A stretch of 64,000 nt of DNA from Alphaproteobacteria bacterium (lineage in GTDB: Bacteria; Pseudomonadota; Alphaproteobacteria; CALKHQ01). The notes beneath the pieces are model-generated. The model saw only the letters and a program-made list of their open reading frames with translations, made no database searches and was not told the origin of the DNA. Below, piece after piece: positions 1-20,963 of this stretch. The position numbers were made by a program, and so were the translations under genes. The stretch lies in the NCBI GenBank assembly GCA_965227515.1, contig CBDDFZ010000001.1:1472001-1536000 (forward strand), in the 5' to 3' direction. How positions within the stretch are numbered: position 1 is the first letter of the stretch; every line of letters starts with the position of its first letter.

Positions 1-1
1 C

Positions 2-1237
<1,236 letters not shown>

Positions 1238-1272
1238 CCAGGTGTTGGCACGGCTTTCTTGCATGGAAATGA

Positions 1273-5712
<4,440 letters not shown>

Positions 5713-5756
5713 CGCCGATCACCGCCCGCTTTGCCGGGCGGCCATAGCCTGAATGC

Positions 5757-5792
5757 AAACGGGCCGTCGCGCTGTGCGACGGCCCGTTTTTC
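5757..5792 (+). terminator. Intrinsic terminator of rpoBC
   Basis: AAACGGGCCGTCGC-loop-GCGACGGCCCGTTT followed by further T. Confidence 0.85.
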
Positions 5793-5796
5793 TTGT

Positions 5797-5887
5797 TGAA
5801 GTCGGCACCGGCCTGCACCCCCACCCGGCCACCCAACGGTAGTATCCTGTCTGGGTGGCCGGGCGGGGGTGCGGGCTGGCGCCGCCT
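5797..5887. repeat. ~90-bp palindromic element, family D copy 1
   Basis: Long hairpin TGAAGTCGGCACCGGCC...CCACCCGGCCACCCAACG...GGCTGGCGC; second copy at 60596-60686. Confidence 0.8.
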
Positions 5888-5915
5888 AGTCCGCGCGAAG
5901 CGCTGGCGACACATT

Positions 5916-5986
5916 CGGACGGCCCGTCTTGTTTTTGTCACCCCCCGAGAAAGACGGGCCGGACGGCCCGTCTTGTTTTTGTCACC
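5916..5986 (+). repeat. 27-bp direct repeat with internal inverted arm forming a terminator-like hairpin
   Basis: CGGACGGCCCGTCTTGTTTTTGTCACC at 5916 and 5960; AAGACGGGCC (5951-5960) pairs with either copy. Confidence 0.8.
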
Positions 5987-6231
5987 ATTGTGGTCTTGTA
6001 TCGCGGCTGGCGGCGAGACGGAGACCCGTGGCGAAGGCCGGGGTGCGCGGGAGCGTGCCCAGCGCGGCGTGCCGGATGGGGTTCAGGACGACGTACTCCA
6101 GGGCGACACGCTCTTGGGTGTGACTGTCCGGGGCTCGGTCGAATGCCTGCCGAGACGACTCAGATTCCGCATCGGCGGCCGGCGTCCCCGACCTGGCGCG
6201 GCAAGCCGAGCGGCAGACTCAGGAGTACGCC

Positions 6232-7755
6232 GTGCGCTGGCTTTGCATCGCAGCTTCCCTACTCATTGCCGCCGGCCTTGTCGGCGTCGGCACGCCAGCC
6301 ATGGCCCAAAGCCTGTTCGGCGGCGAGGACGGCCAGTCCGGCGGACCGGAGACCCCACCCGAAACTCCGCCCGAGAACGGCAATGGCAGCGGCGGGCCTG
6401 ACGGTCCCGATGGCGATACCGGCAACGGCGACATGCTGGCGGACTCGCCGTTCGATGAAAGCTTGCTGGCGTCCGCGGTCGCGCTCGAAGTTGCGAACTC
6501 GGGTTGGGACGTCCGGCAGGTTGTCATCACCGCGCATGCCCAGGTCGGCACGCCCGACGATCCCCGTTACGAGGTCCGCTTCAGCGCCGAGGTGGCGCTG
6601 CGCGCCGACACCTACGCCATCGACCTCCAGGACGGCCAGTTCACCCTGGTGATCCCGGTGTCCGAGGCCGGCACCGCCAAGGAGTTGCTCGGCGCAGCCG
6701 ACGCCCAGCCCGCCGGCGACGGTTGGGACATCGACCTCAACCTGCAGAACCTGGACGTGCTCGACGGTTCGGGCATGCCGCTGTCGGCCATGAGCGGCCA
6801 GGTCATCGTGCGCGGTTCGGCGGAGGAGCAGTTCTACCTGGAGCGGATCGAGTCCGAACGCCAACAGGAGCACGCGCTGGAGATGGCGACGCTTGCGCGG
6901 GATGCGGAAGTGGCGGCGGCCCGCGAGGAGATGGAGCAGCAGGCGGCGGCGGCGGCCCTGGCGGCGATCGCCCGTGAGGAGGAGGAAGAGGCGGCGCGCG
7001 ATGCGGCGCGGCTCGCCGATCTGGAGCGCGAGGAGGCCATCATCAGCGCGGAGGCCGCGCAGGCGCAGGCGCGGGCCAACGAACTGGCGGCCGCCCAGGC
7101 GGCGCTCCAGGAGCAGGAGGCTGCGCTCGCCGACATGCTGGCATCCGCCGCCGCGCAGCGCGACGAGGTGCTGGCAGCGGTCGCGGAGCTGGAAGCCCAG
7201 GAATCGGCGCTGGCCGGCACTTTGGCCGAGCTGCAGACCAGTGTTTCGGTGCTGCAGGACCAGTTCCTGGCCGGGCTGGAGGACGACGACCGCCTGGTGC
7301 AGATGATGGCGGTCGAGTTGGCGATGGCCAGCGACGACCCGTCGCTGATCTCGCTGGGCTTCGAGGCGGCGCTGTCGAGCGGCGACCCGGCGCTGCACAC
7401 CTCGGCGCTGCGCCACTATTTCGAGATGCGCGATGCCTTGCCGGTGATGCTCTACCCGACCGAGCAGGATCCCGAGGGCACCCAGGCCTTCATCGATTCC
7501 ATCTCACCGGTCGTCTTGACCTGGAATTCCATCGACACCGCCACCGGCGATCTGTTGGGGGCCTTCGACCTGGCCTGGAGTTGCCCGAACGAGAACTTCT
7601 GCACCTTCAAGGCCGGGCAGATCGCCCAGTCGTCGCTGATAGCGTCGTCGGAACGGTGCCGGCTGGAGCTGTCGCTGACCGAAAACCGCACCCTGGACGG
7701 GGTGATGGACTGTATCGATTTCCCGCCGACCATCGCCCGCATCGTATTGGAGTAG
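6232..7755 (+). CDS. Secreted acidic hypothetical protein with central coiled coil
   Basis: GTG after AGGAG; signal peptide ending AMA-Q; E/A/Q heptad region; short helical-repeat segment. Confidence 0.8.
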   Translation: MRWLCIAASLLIAAGLVGVGTPAMAQSLFGGEDGQSGGPETPPETPPENGNGSGGPDGPDGDTGNGDMLADSPFDESLLASAVALEVANSGWDVRQVVITAHAQVGTPDDPRYEVRFSAEVALRADTYAIDLQDGQFTLVIPVSEAGTAKELLGAADAQPAGDGWDIDLNLQNLDVLDGSGMPLSAMSGQVIVRGSAEEQFYLERIESERQQEHALEMATLARDAEVAAAREEMEQQAAAAALAAIAREEEEEAARDAARLADLEREEAIISAEAAQAQARANELAAAQAALQEQEAALADMLASAAAQRDEVLAAVAELEAQESALAGTLAELQTSVSVLQDQFLAGLEDDDRLVQMMAVELAMASDDPSLISLGFEAALSSGDPALHTSALRHYFEMRDALPVMLYPTEQDPEGTQAFIDSISPVVLTWNSIDTATGDLLGAFDLAWSCPNENFCTFKAGQIAQSSLIASSERCRLELSLTENRTLDGVMDCIDFPPTIARIVLE

Positions 7756-7758
7756 GTC

Positions 7759-8973
7759 ATGAAGACCCGACCCAAACTCTTGATCGCGCGCGCCGTGGCC
7801 GCTGCGGTGATGGCCGGCTTTGCCGGCAGCGCCGCCGCGGGCCAGGTGGAGACCGCCGACGGCACCGTGCTGTCCACGGCCGATGTTTCGCTGTCGGCCA
7901 GCGTACCGGCGTTGACGTCGGGCGACGGTGCTGCGGTGCCGGCCGCCGGCGTCCTGTTCGGGCCGATCGTCGTCAACGCGGGCGACCCGCTGGCCGCGCC
8001 CGGCCCCGGTATACCCGAGGGCTGGCCGTCGATCGCGGCCCCGCCGCCGGTGGTCGCCCTGGCGCCGCCGGACACGCCGGGAACCGGGGGCAATGACGGC
8101 GGCCCAGAGGTGGTTGGCCCAGAGGTCGCTGGCCCGGAGGTGGTTGGCGGCAGTGGGCAAGGCGGGCTCAATCGCCCGCCCGGTCCCGGAGACGTTGGGC
8201 CAGCCGACGGCCCTGGCAATAATCCACCTGAGGGCCCCCCTGGGGGCCCGCCGGGCGGACCCTTGCAGCCGCCGCCCGTCGGCAGTGTCGATAACCCGGT
8301 GGATGGCCCAGTGGTCGGGCCGGTGGACGGCCCCGTGGTGGGTCCCGAAGACGGCCCCAGTGAAGACGGTCCAGGCACGGGCCCCAACGTCGCGACGCTG
8401 GACCCGCCGCCGCAAGGCCCGAGCGGCAATATCCCCAATGTCCTCCCGCTGGAGGAAGCGCCGATCATCTCCGGCAGTTCCGGTCAGCCGGCGCAGGTCG
8501 GTCCGACGCCACAGACGTCCGTGCCGCTGCCGGACCTGGCGCCCATCGACCGGGTTGCCGCCGCCGATGTCGGCAATCCCAACGTGATCGGCAATTCGGG
8601 TGCGCCCGCGGTGGAAACCGGCGGGGTGCCGGTGGACCTGTACGCGGAGCCGGTCACCATGTATGCCACCACCGGCGCGCGCGTGCGTGCCGGGCCCGGC
8701 ACCAGCTTCGCGCAAGTGGGGACGGCCGCGTTCCGGCAGGCCGTGACGGTCCTGGGCGAGGCATCCGGCACCGGCTGGCTGTATCTGGAGTTGCCCGACG
8801 GTACACGCGGGTTCACATCGGAAAGCTTGTTGTCGGTCAACCAGCCGGCGGTGGCATCGCCGAACCCGGGGCCGAGCAATCCGCCCCCGCAGCAGGTCAC
8901 GCCGACTTGTCCGGCGGGTCAGGTGGCGGTGTTCCGCAACGACACGGAATACTTCTGCGTCACCCTGCAGTAG
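7759..8973 (+). CDS. Secreted Pro/Gly-rich protein with C-terminal bacterial SH3 domain
   Basis: Signal peptide; GPEVV/DGPVV repeats; SH3b-like ARVRAGPGTSFAQVG...GWLYL...RGFTSESLL. Confidence 0.8.
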   Translation: MKTRPKLLIARAVAAAVMAGFAGSAAAGQVETADGTVLSTADVSLSASVPALTSGDGAAVPAAGVLFGPIVVNAGDPLAAPGPGIPEGWPSIAAPPPVVALAPPDTPGTGGNDGGPEVVGPEVAGPEVVGGSGQGGLNRPPGPGDVGPADGPGNNPPEGPPGGPPGGPLQPPPVGSVDNPVDGPVVGPVDGPVVGPEDGPSEDGPGTGPNVATLDPPPQGPSGNIPNVLPLEEAPIISGSSGQPAQVGPTPQTSVPLPDLAPIDRVAAADVGNPNVIGNSGAPAVETGGVPVDLYAEPVTMYATTGARVRAGPGTSFAQVGTAAFRQAVTVLGEASGTGWLYLELPDGTRGFTSESLLSVNQPAVASPNPGPSNPPPQQVTPTCPAGQVAVFRNDTEYFCVTLQ

Positions 8974-9053
8974 CTGACGGCAACAGTCGAAAAAAGGGGC
9001 AACCGGCTGACTTCCGGCCGGCCGGGGCCGGGTGCCGCCGCACCTTTTAGGTG

Positions 9054-9082
9054 TTGACGGGGCTGGTCGCCCTACCTATAAC
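9054..9082 (+). promoter_or_regulatory. sigma70-type promoter of str operon
   Basis: TTGACG-17 nt-TATAAC, about 260 nt upstream of rpsL. Confidence 0.7.
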
Positions 9083-9341
9083 ACCGGCTCTTCGGCGGCG
9101 CGGTCGTGGGAAGCCAAGGCATTGGCATGCCCAAACACGGGTCGGAAGTATCGAACCAAAGTTGCGGGTTGACCGCATACAGCGACGGCAACGCGGGCAG
9201 GATGGCGCGCGTGCGTGTCGTTTGCGTATTGCGGTCACGAAATTTGCCGCAGAGTTGAGCCCCGATGGGCTTGGCGTCACGAGCGGGCCTGTCGGACGGA
9301 CAGCCCGGGGCCGGGCGCTCGAAGAAAGGAATTGGGTCGGA

Positions 9342-10194
<853 letters not shown>

Positions 10195-10236
10195 GCGGCG
10201 CCCTCGGGCCCCGCTGACTGGAAACGGAAGCTGACC

Positions 10237-12312
<2,076 letters not shown>

Positions 12313-12424
12313 CAACGGAACGATCGAACGACGGCGCAGCCGCAGCATCGATAAGCAGTCGATGACCAATCGATGACCACGGGCCAGGCCAAGGCATGTG
12401 GTGCAGTGAAGAGGACTGAGGGAA

Positions 12425-13615
<1,191 letters not shown>

Positions 13616-13648
13616 CAGCGCGGATAGCGGACGCCCGGGACAAGAATT

Positions 13649-13963
<315 letters not shown>

Positions 13964-13978
13964 GACGGGAACCGGACG

Positions 13979-14782
13979 ATGCGCACAGGTCTTATCGCCC
14001 GCAAGATGGGCATGACACGGGTGTTCGACGACACCGGCAACCATGTGCCGGTGACGGTGCTGTCGCTGGACGAATGCCAGGTCGTCGGTCAGCGCACCGA
14101 GGAGAAGGACGGCTACACCGCGGTCCAGCTCGGCGCCGGCACGGCCAAGGTCAAGAACGTCTCCAAGGCCGAGCGCACCCGCTTCGCCAACGCTTCGGTC
14201 GCACCGAAGCGCAAAGTGAAGGAGTTCCGGGTCAGCGCCGATGCCCTGGTCGATGTTGGCGCCACGCTGTCGGTCGATCACTTCGTGGCCGGCCAGCACG
14301 TCGATGTGACCTCGGTATCCATCGGCAAGGGCTTTGCCGGCGCCATGAAGCGTCACGGCTTCGGCGGCCTGAACGCCAGCCACGGCGTGTCGATCAGCCA
14401 CCGCGCCCACGGCTCCACCGGCCAGTGCCAGGACCCCGGCAAGGTGTTCAAGGGCAAGAAGATGGCCGGCCAGATGGGCAACAAGCAGGTCACCACCCAG
14501 AACCTGCGCATTGTCGGCACCGACGAGACCAAGGATCTGATCCTGGTGCGTGGCGCGGTGCCGGGCGCCACCGGTGCCTGGGTCTATGTGCGTGACGCCG
14601 TGAAGCGCAAGCTGCCTGACGAGGCGCCGTTCCCGGCCGGCCTGAAGGCGGCCCAAGAGGCAGCCGAGGCCGAAGCTGCGGCGGCTGATGAGGCGGCGGC
14701 GGAAGACGTGGCGGTCGAAGAGACGGCGGTCGAAGAGACGGCAGCCGAAGAGACGGCGCCCGAGACGCCCAAGGACGACTGA
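13979..14782 (+). CDS. rplC: 50S ribosomal protein L3 with acidic C-terminal tail
   Basis: [23 protein letters not shown]; S10 operon position. Confidence 0.98.
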   Translation: MRTGLIARKMGMTRVFDDTGNHVPVTVLSLDECQVVGQRTEEKDGYTAVQLGAGTAKVKNVSKAERTRFANASVAPKRKVKEFRVSADALVDVGATLSVDHFVAGQHVDVTSVSIGKGFAGAMKRHGFGGLNASHGVSISHRAHGSTGQCQDPGKVFKGKKMAGQMGNKQVTTQNLRIVGTDETKDLILVRGAVPGATGAWVYVRDAVKRKLPDEAPFPAGLKAAQEAAEAEAAAADEAAAEDVAVEETAVEETAAEETAPETPKDD

Positions 14783-14784
14783 AG

Positions 14785-15408
14785 ATGAAGCTGAAGGTCA
14801 TCACCATCGATGCCGGGGAAGCCGGCGACATCGACCTTGCCGACGAGGTGTTCGGGGTCGACGTGCGCCGCGATATCCTGGCCCGCGTGGTCAACTGGCA
14901 GCTCGCCAAGCGGCGTGCCGGCACCCACAAGACCAAGGGGCGGTCGGAGATCAGCGCCACCGGCGCGAAGCTCTTCCGCCAGAAGGGCACGGGCCGTGCG
15001 CGCCACGGATCGCGCCGGGTCAACATCTTCCGCGGCGGCGGGCGGGCCCACGGGCCGGTGCCCCGGGATCACAGCCACAAGCTGCCGAAGAAAGTGCGCA
15101 AGCTCGGTCTGAAGTGCGCGCTGTCGGCGAAGGTGGCCGACGGCACGCTGATCGTGCTGGATGCGGCCAAGCTCGACGAGCCGCGGACCAAGGGTCTGGT
15201 CGACCGCCTAGGCAAGCTCGGCTGGGGCCGCACGCTGGTGATCGACGGGCCGACCCCGGACGACAACTTCCAGCGCGCCGCGGCGAACATTCCGGGCGTC
15301 GACGTGCTGCCGAGCCAGGGCGCCAATGTCTACGACATCCTGCGGCGCGAGACCCTGGTGCTGACCCGCGACGGCGTCGCTGCCCTGACGGAAAGGCTGG
15401 CATCATGA
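14785..15408 (+). CDS. rplD: 50S ribosomal protein L4
   Basis: [19 protein letters not shown]. Confidence 0.98.
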   Translation: MKLKVITIDAGEAGDIDLADEVFGVDVRRDILARVVNWQLAKRRAGTHKTKGRSEISATGAKLFRQKGTGRARHGSRRVNIFRGGGRAHGPVPRDHSHKLPKKVRKLGLKCALSAKVADGTLIVLDAAKLDEPRTKGLVDRLGKLGWGRTLVIDGPTPDDNFQRAAANIPGVDVLPSQGANVYDILRRETLVLTRDGVAALTERLAS

Positions 15409-15728
15409 GAAGCCGCTACCAACGTTCGGTCTCGGTCAGCGACGATCGCATGTACCAGATCATCCGCAGCCCGGTGATCACCGAAAAGGCGACCATGGCC
15501 GGCGAGCACGGCCAGCTCACCTTCAAGGTGGCGCTGGACGCGACCAAGCCGGAAATCAAGCAGGCGATCGAGCGTCTGTTCGACGTCAAGGTGACCGCGG
15601 TCAATACCCTTCGCCAGAAGGGCAAGGTCAAGCGCTGGCGTGGCCGGCCGGGCCGCCGCCCCGACACCAAGAAGGCGATCGTCAGCTTGGCCGAGGGTGA
15701 GTCGGTCGACGTGCTGACCGGCATCTAA
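15405..15728 (+). CDS. rplW: 50S ribosomal protein L23
   Basis: [19 protein letters not shown]; ATGA overlap with rplD. Confidence 0.97.
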   Translation: MRSRYQRSVSVSDDRMYQIIRSPVITEKATMAGEHGQLTFKVALDATKPEIKQAIERLFDVKVTAVNTLRQKGKVKRWRGRPGRRPDTKKAIVSLAEGESVDVLTGI

Positions 15729-15756
15729 CCAGGACCAGATCGGCAGGATCAGATCT

Positions 15757-16587
15757 ATGGCACTGAAGCAATTCAACCCGACCACGCCCGGCCAGCGCCG
15801 GCTCGTCCTGGTCGACCGCGCCGGGCTCCACAAGGGCCGCCCGGTGAAGGCGTTGACCGAGGGCCTGACGAAGAAGGGCGGCCGCAACAATCTGGGCCGC
15901 GTCACCGCGCGGCGCATCGGCGGCGGCCACAAGCGGCTTTATCGCAAGGTCGACTTCAAGCGCGACAAGGTGGACGTGACCGCCACTGTCGAGCGGCTGG
16001 AGTACGACCCGAACCGCACCGCGTTCATCGCGCTCTTGAACTACGAGGACGGCACCCAGGCCTACATCCTGGCACCGCAGCGCCTCGCGGTCGGTGCGAC
16101 GGTGGTCTCCGGCGAACGGGTCGACGTGAAGCCGGGCAACGCCATGCCGCTGCGCAGCATTCCGGTCGGCACCATCATCCACAATGTGGAGATGAAGCCG
16201 GGCAAGGGTGGCCAGATCGCGCGCGCGGCAGGCACCTATGTGCAGCTGGTCGGCCGCGACGCCGGCAACGCGCTGTTGAAGCTGTCGTCCGGCGAGGTCC
16301 GCATGGTCCGCGCCGACTGCATGGCGACCATCGGCGCGGTGTCGAACCCGGACCAGGCCAACATCAAGCTCGGCAAGGCCGGCCGCAAGCGCTGGCTGGG
16401 CAAGCGCCCGTCGGTGCGCGGCGTGGCCATGAACCCGGTCGACCACCCGCACGGCGGCGGCGAGGGCCGCACCTCGGGCGGCCGTCATCCGGTGTCGCCC
16501 TGGGGCAAGCCGACCAAGGGCAAGCGGACCCGGAACAACAAGTCGACCGACAAGTACATCGTGCGCCGCCGGCGGGCGCGCAAGTAA
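15757..16587 (+). CDS. rplB: 50S ribosomal protein L2
   Basis: [25 protein letters not shown]. Confidence 0.99.
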   Translation: MALKQFNPTTPGQRRLVLVDRAGLHKGRPVKALTEGLTKKGGRNNLGRVTARRIGGGHKRLYRKVDFKRDKVDVTATVERLEYDPNRTAFIALLNYEDGTQAYILAPQRLAVGATVVSGERVDVKPGNAMPLRSIPVGTIIHNVEMKPGKGGQIARAAGTYVQLVGRDAGNALLKLSSGEVRMVRADCMATIGAVSNPDQANIKLGKAGRKRWLGKRPSVRGVAMNPVDHPHGGGEGRTSGGRHPVSPWGKPTKGKRTRNNKSTDKYIVRRRRARK

Positions 16588-16630
16588 TGGCCGCCCGTAG
16601 TCAGTCTGGCGGGGCGAGAGGAGTTCGATA

Positions 16631-16909
16631 GTGGCGCGTTCTGTCTGGAAGGGCCCGTTCGTCGACGGCTATCTGCTGAAGAAGGCAGAGAAGGCCCGCG
16701 AGTCCGGCCGCAACGAAGTGATCAAGATCTGGTCGCGGCGCTCGACCATTCTGCCGCAGTTCGTCGGCCTCACGTTCGGCGTCTACAATGGGCAGAAGTT
16801 CCTGCCCGTGCTGGTGACCGAGAACATGGTCGGCCACAAGTTCGGCGAGTTCTCGCCGACCCGGACCTACTACGGCCACGCGGCCGACAAGAAGGCGCGG
16901 AGGAAGTAG
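16631..16909 (+). CDS. rpsS: 30S ribosomal protein S19
   Basis: [21 protein letters not shown]. Confidence 0.99.
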   Translation: MARSVWKGPFVDGYLLKKAEKARESGRNEVIKIWSRRSTILPQFVGLTFGVYNGQKFLPVLVTENMVGHKFGEFSPTRTYYGHAADKKARRK

Positions 16910-16911
16910 CC

Positions 16912-17295
16912 ATGGGCAAGCAGGCGCGCGAACGCGATCTGGCAGAGAACGAGGCGATGGCCAAGGTCACCCGCCTTCGGGTCAGCCCGCAGAAGCTGAA
17001 CCTGGTGGCGCAGATGATCCGCGGCCAGAAGGCGCAGGAGGCGTTGGCCATGCTGACCTTCTCGCACCGCCGCATCTCCGGCGATGTGAAGAAGGTGCTG
17101 GAGTCGGCGATCGCCAATGCCGAGAACAACCACCAGCTCGACGTCGACCAGCTGGTCGTCGCCGAGGCGTCGGTGGGCAAGGACCTGGTGATGAAGCGGT
17201 TCAGGGCGCGGGCACGCGGCCGCATGGGGCGCATCAAGAAGCCGTTCGCGCAGCTCACCATCGTGGTGCGCGAAGTGGAAGAGGAGGCGGCCTGA
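16912..17295 (+). CDS. rplV: 50S ribosomal protein L22
   Basis: [25 protein letters not shown]. Confidence 0.98.
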   Translation: MGKQARERDLAENEAMAKVTRLRVSPQKLNLVAQMIRGQKAQEALAMLTFSHRRISGDVKKVLESAIANAENNHQLDVDQLVVAEASVGKDLVMKRFRARARGRMGRIKKPFAQLTIVVREVEEEAA

Positions 17296-17978
17296 TGGGC
17301 CAGAAGGTCAACCCGACGGGGCTGCGTGTCGGCATCAACCGGACGTGGGATTCGCGCTGGTACGCGGACGACGGCTACGCCGACCTGCTGCACGAGGACC
17401 TGCGCATCCGGAACTATCTGGAAAAGACGCTGTCGCAGGCGGGCATCAGCCAGATCGTCATCGAGCGGCCGGCGAAGAAGGCGCGGATCACCATCCACAC
17501 CGCACGTCCGGGCGTCGTCATCGGCAAGAAGGGCGCGGACATCGAGAAGCTGCGCCAGAAGCTGATCAAGATGACCAATTCGGATGTCCACCTGAACATC
17601 GTGGAGATCCGCAAGAGCGAGACCGACGCCAAGCTGGTCGCCGAGAACATCGCCCAGCAGCTGGAGCGCCGGGTGGCGTTCCGCCGCGCGATGAAGCGTG
17701 CGCTGCAGTCGGCGATGCGGCTGGGTGCCCAGGGCATCCGCATCCAGTGCGCCGGCCGTCTGGGCGGCGCCGAGATCGCCCGTGGCGAGACCTACCGCGA
17801 GGGCCGGGTGCCGTTGCACACCCTGCGCGGTGACGTCGACTACGGCACCGCGACCGCGCGTACCACCTATGGCACCTGCGGCGTGAAGGTCTGGGTCTAC
17901 AAGGGCGAGATCATGGCCCACGACCCGATGGCCCAGGACAAGCGCCTGGCCGATCAGCAGGCCAAGCTGGGCCGCTGA
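17295..17978 (+). CDS. rpsC: 30S ribosomal protein S3
   Basis: [26 protein letters not shown]. Confidence 0.99.
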   Translation: MGQKVNPTGLRVGINRTWDSRWYADDGYADLLHEDLRIRNYLEKTLSQAGISQIVIERPAKKARITIHTARPGVVIGKKGADIEKLRQKLIKMTNSDVHLNIVEIRKSETDAKLVAENIAQQLERRVAFRRAMKRALQSAMRLGAQGIRIQCAGRLGGAEIARGETYREGRVPLHTLRGDVDYGTATARTTYGTCGVKVWVYKGEIMAHDPMAQDKRLADQQAKLGR

Positions 17979-18017
17979 CGGTAACGGGCAGGCGAAGAAC
18001 GAACGGGATAAGGCGAC

Positions 18018-18437
18018 ATGCTGTCACCGAAACGCACCAAGTTCCGCAAGGCGCACAAGGGCCGTATCCACGGCAACGCCAAGGCGGGCTACACGCTGAA
18101 CTTCGGCTCCTATGGGCTGAAGGCGACCACGCCGGAGCGGGTGACCGCGCGCCAGATCGAGGCCGCGCGCCGCGCGATGACGCGCCACATGAAGCGCGCC
18201 GGCAAGGTGTGGATCCGCATCTTCCCGGACCTGCCGGTCAGCCAGAAGCCGGCCGAGGTGCGCCAGGGCAAGGGCAAGGGCTCGCCGGAGTTCTGGGCCG
18301 TGCGCGTCGCGCCGGGCCGCATCATGTTCGAGATCGACGGCATCCCCGAGGACGTGGCCGTGCGCGCGCTGCAGCTCGCCGCCGCGAAGCTGCCGGTGCG
18401 CACCCGCATCGTCAGCCGCCTGGCGGAGGCTGCGTGA
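18018..18437 (+). CDS. rplP: 50S ribosomal protein L16
   Basis: [23 protein letters not shown]. Confidence 0.99.
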   Translation: MLSPKRTKFRKAHKGRIHGNAKAGYTLNFGSYGLKATTPERVTARQIEAARRAMTRHMKRAGKVWIRIFPDLPVSQKPAEVRQGKGKGSPEFWAVRVAPGRIMFEIDGIPEDVAVRALQLAAAKLPVRTRIVSRLAEAA

Positions 18438-18643
18438 TGAAGGCGGGCGAGCTGAAGGGCAAGACCCAGGACGAGCTGCAGACCATGCTCGGCAACCTGC
18501 AGAAGGAGGCGTTCAACCTGCGCTTCCAGCGGGCCGGCGGTCAGTTGGAGAACACGGCGCGGATGCGCCAGGTCCGGCGCGACATCGCCCGGGTGAAGAC
18601 TGTTATGGCCGGTCAGCGCGCTGCGGCGCAGCCGACCGCCTGA
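18437..18643 (+). CDS. rpmC: 50S ribosomal protein L29
   Basis: [20 protein letters not shown]. Confidence 0.97.
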   Translation: MKAGELKGKTQDELQTMLGNLQKEAFNLRFQRAGGQLENTARMRQVRRDIARVKTVMAGQRAAAQPTA

Positions 18644-18657
18644 AGGAGCGAGCGAAG

Positions 18658-18894
18658 ATGCCGAGGCGTGTGCTGCAAGGGGTCGTGGTGGCCAAATCCG
18701 GCGACAAGACGGTGTCGGTGCGCGTCACCCGCCGGGTGCGCCATCCGATGTACAAGAAGTTCATCAGCCGCTCGAAGAAGTATGCCGCGCACGACGAGGG
18801 CAATGCCGTCGTCGTCGGCGACACGGTGCGCATCCAGGAATGCCGCCCGTTGTCGAAGCGCAAGTGCTGGGAAGTCATTGGCGACGAGGCCTAG
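18658..18894 (+). CDS. rpsQ: 30S ribosomal protein S17
   Basis: DKTV, HPMYKK, RPLSKRK. Confidence 0.98.
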   Translation: MPRRVLQGVVVAKSGDKTVSVRVTRRVRHPMYKKFISRSKKYAAHDEGNAVVVGDTVRIQECRPLSKRKCWEVIGDEA

Positions 18895-18927
18895 GCCGCG
18901 CCTGCCGACCGGATTGAGGATAGAACA

Positions 18928-19296
18928 ATGATCCAGATGCAAACCAACCTGGAAGTGGCCGACAATTCCGGCGCGCGCCGGGTGCAGTGCATCAAGGTCC
19001 TGGGGGGCTCGAAGCGCATGACCGCGGGCGTCGGCGACGTCATCGTGGTCAGCGTGAAGGAGGCCATTCCCCGCGGCCGTGTGAAGAAGGGCGACATTCA
19101 CCGCGCGGTGATTGTGCGCACCGCCAGCGACATCCGCCGGCAGGACGGCTCGGTGATCCGATTCGATCGCAACGCGGCGGTCCTGATCTCCAAGCAGGGC
19201 GAACCCATCGGCACCCGTATCTTCGGCCCGGTGACCCGCGAGCTGCGTGCGCGCCAGTTCATGCGCATCGTCTCGCTGGCGCCCGAAGTGCTGTGA
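18928..19296 (+). CDS. rplN: 50S ribosomal protein L14
   Basis: [21 protein letters not shown]. Confidence 0.99.
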   Translation: MIQMQTNLEVADNSGARRVQCIKVLGGSKRMTAGVGDVIVVSVKEAIPRGRVKKGDIHRAVIVRTASDIRRQDGSVIRFDRNAAVLISKQGEPIGTRIFGPVTRELRARQFMRIVSLAPEVL

Positions 19297-19323
19297 ACGC
19301 CGGACCCAGAGGACCGCTGAGCA

Positions 19324-19647
19324 ATGGCTGAGAAATTCAAGATCAAGAAGGGCGACCGGGTGGCTGTGGTCACCGGCCGCGAGACGGGCAAGCAGGGCGA
19401 GGTGTTGCGGGTGGACCGCGAACGCCGCCGCGTGCTGGTGCAGGGCGTGAACATGGTGAAGCGCCACACCAAGCCGAGCCAGGCGAGCCCGGGCGGGATC
19501 GTCGAACAGGAGGCGATGCTGCACATTTCCAACGTCGCGATCGTCGACCCGAAGACCAACGAGCCGACCCGCGTCGGCTACCGAACCCTGGGCGACGGCC
19601 GCAAGGTCCGCTTCGCCAAGCGGTCCGGCGAAGTGATTGACAGCTGA
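19324..19647 (+). CDS. rplX: 50S ribosomal protein L24
   Basis: KIKKGD KOW motif, HISNV. Confidence 0.98.
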   Translation: MAEKFKIKKGDRVAVVTGRETGKQGEVLRVDRERRRVLVQGVNMVKRHTKPSQASPGGIVEQEAMLHISNVAIVDPKTNEPTRVGYRTLGDGRKVRFAKRSGEVIDS

Positions 19648-19658
19648 GGCGCAGGGTC

Positions 19659-20201
19659 ATGGCAACCAGGCTTCAAGAGCAGTACGAGCAGAAGATCCGC
19701 CCGTCGATCATCGAGACGTTCAAGTATCCCAACGGGATGCAGGCGCCGCGATTGGAGAAGATCGTCCTGAACATGGGCGTCGGCGAGGCGGTGCAGGACA
19801 GCAAGAAGATCAAGTCCGCGGTCGAGGAGCTTTCCCAGATCGCCGGCCAGCGCGCGGTGGCGACCAAGGCCAAGCGGTCGATCGCCGGCTTCAAGCTGCG
19901 CGAGGGCATGAACATCGGCTGCAAGGTGACGCTCAGGCGCCACCGCATGTACGAGTTCCTGGATCGGCTGATCAACATCGCCTTGCCGCGCGTGCGCGAC
20001 TTCCGCGGTGTGAGCCCGAAGAGCTTCGACGGCCGTGGCAACTATGCCATGGGGCTGAAGGAGCAGATCGTGTTCCCGGAGATCAACTACGACCAGGTCG
20101 ACGAAGTGCGCGGCCTGGACATCGTGATTTGCACGACCGCGAATTCGGATGATGAGGCCCGCGAACTGCTGCGCGGCTTCAACATGCCGTTCTCGCAGTA
20201 G
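19659..20201 (+). CDS. rplE: 50S ribosomal protein L5
   Basis: [16 protein letters not shown]. Confidence 0.99.
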   Translation: MATRLQEQYEQKIRPSIIETFKYPNGMQAPRLEKIVLNMGVGEAVQDSKKIKSAVEELSQIAGQRAVATKAKRSIAGFKLREGMNIGCKVTLRRHRMYEFLDRLINIALPRVRDFRGVSPKSFDGRGNYAMGLKEQIVFPEINYDQVDEVRGLDIVICTTANSDDEARELLRGFNMPFSQ

Positions 20202-20216
20202 GGCCTGGAGGATCAG

Positions 20217-20522
20217 ATGGCGAAAGTCAGCGCCGTGATGAAGAACAAGCGCCGCAGGAAGCTGGTGGACAAGTACGAGAACCGCCGCAAGGCCCTGCGT
20301 GCCACCGTGCGCGACAAGGATGCCTCTCCGGAAGAGCGTTTCCAGGCGGTCCTGAAATTGGCGCAGTTGCCGCGTAACAGCGCGCCCTCGCGGGTGCGCA
20401 ACCGGTGCGAGCTGACCGGTCGGCCGCGCGGCAACTACCGTAAGTTCAAACTCTCGCGCATTGCTCTGCGCGAACTGGCATCGCGTGGGCAGATCCCAGG
20501 CATGGTCAAGTCAAGCTGGTAA
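20217..20522 (+). CDS. rpsN: 30S ribosomal protein S14 (long, zinc-free type)
   Basis: [21 protein letters not shown]. Confidence 0.98.
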   Translation: MAKVSAVMKNKRRRKLVDKYENRRKALRATVRDKDASPEERFQAVLKLAQLPRNSAPSRVRNRCELTGRPRGNYRKFKLSRIALRELASRGQIPGMVKSSW

Positions 20523-20538
20523 GGGGGAAGGTGCTCCG

Positions 20539-20937
20539 ATGAGTATGAGCGATCCTCTGGGCGACCTGTTGACCCGGATCCGCAATGGACAGCGGGCCCG
20601 GTTGCGGTCGGTTGATTCGCCGAATTCGAAGGTGCGGCGCAACGTGCTTGAGGTGCTGAAGCGGGAGGGTTACATCCGCGGGTACTCCGAGTTCAACGTG
20701 CGCAAGGGCATCGACCAGCTCACCATCGAGTTGAAGTATCACGATGGCGAGCCGGTGATCCGCGAGATCACCCGTGTGTCGACGCCTGGCCGCCGCGTCT
20801 ATTCGAAGATCAGGGACCTGCCGCGCGTGTACGGCGGCCTGGGTATTGCCATCCTGTCGACGCCGAATGGCGTGCTGTCGGATGAGGATGCCCGGTCGGC
20901 CAATGTCGGCGGCGAAGTTCTGTGTCACGTATTTTGA
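20539..20937 (+). CDS. rpsH: 30S ribosomal protein S8
   Basis: [26 protein letters not shown]. Confidence 0.98.
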   Translation: MSMSDPLGDLLTRIRNGQRARLRSVDSPNSKVRRNVLEVLKREGYIRGYSEFNVRKGIDQLTIELKYHDGEPVIREITRVSTPGRRVYSKIRDLPRVYGGLGIAILSTPNGVLSDEDARSANVGGEVLCHVF

Positions 20938-20963
20938 TGGCCCTGCGCGGGACGGAGGCTTGA

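Noticed and set aside
1246-1263. sigma54-like TGGCAC...TTGCA between rpoB and rpoC
   Set aside because: GG-to-GC spacing is 12 nt rather than the required 10
5793-6401. ORFs spanning the post-rpoC intergenic region
   Set aside because: Run through palindromic repeats, Arg/Pro-rich, and overlap the better-supported 6232 gene
9051-9341. In-frame N-terminal extension of S12 in the ORF track
   Set aside because: Canonical MPTINQL start has its own RBS; the upstream region is promoter and 5' UTR
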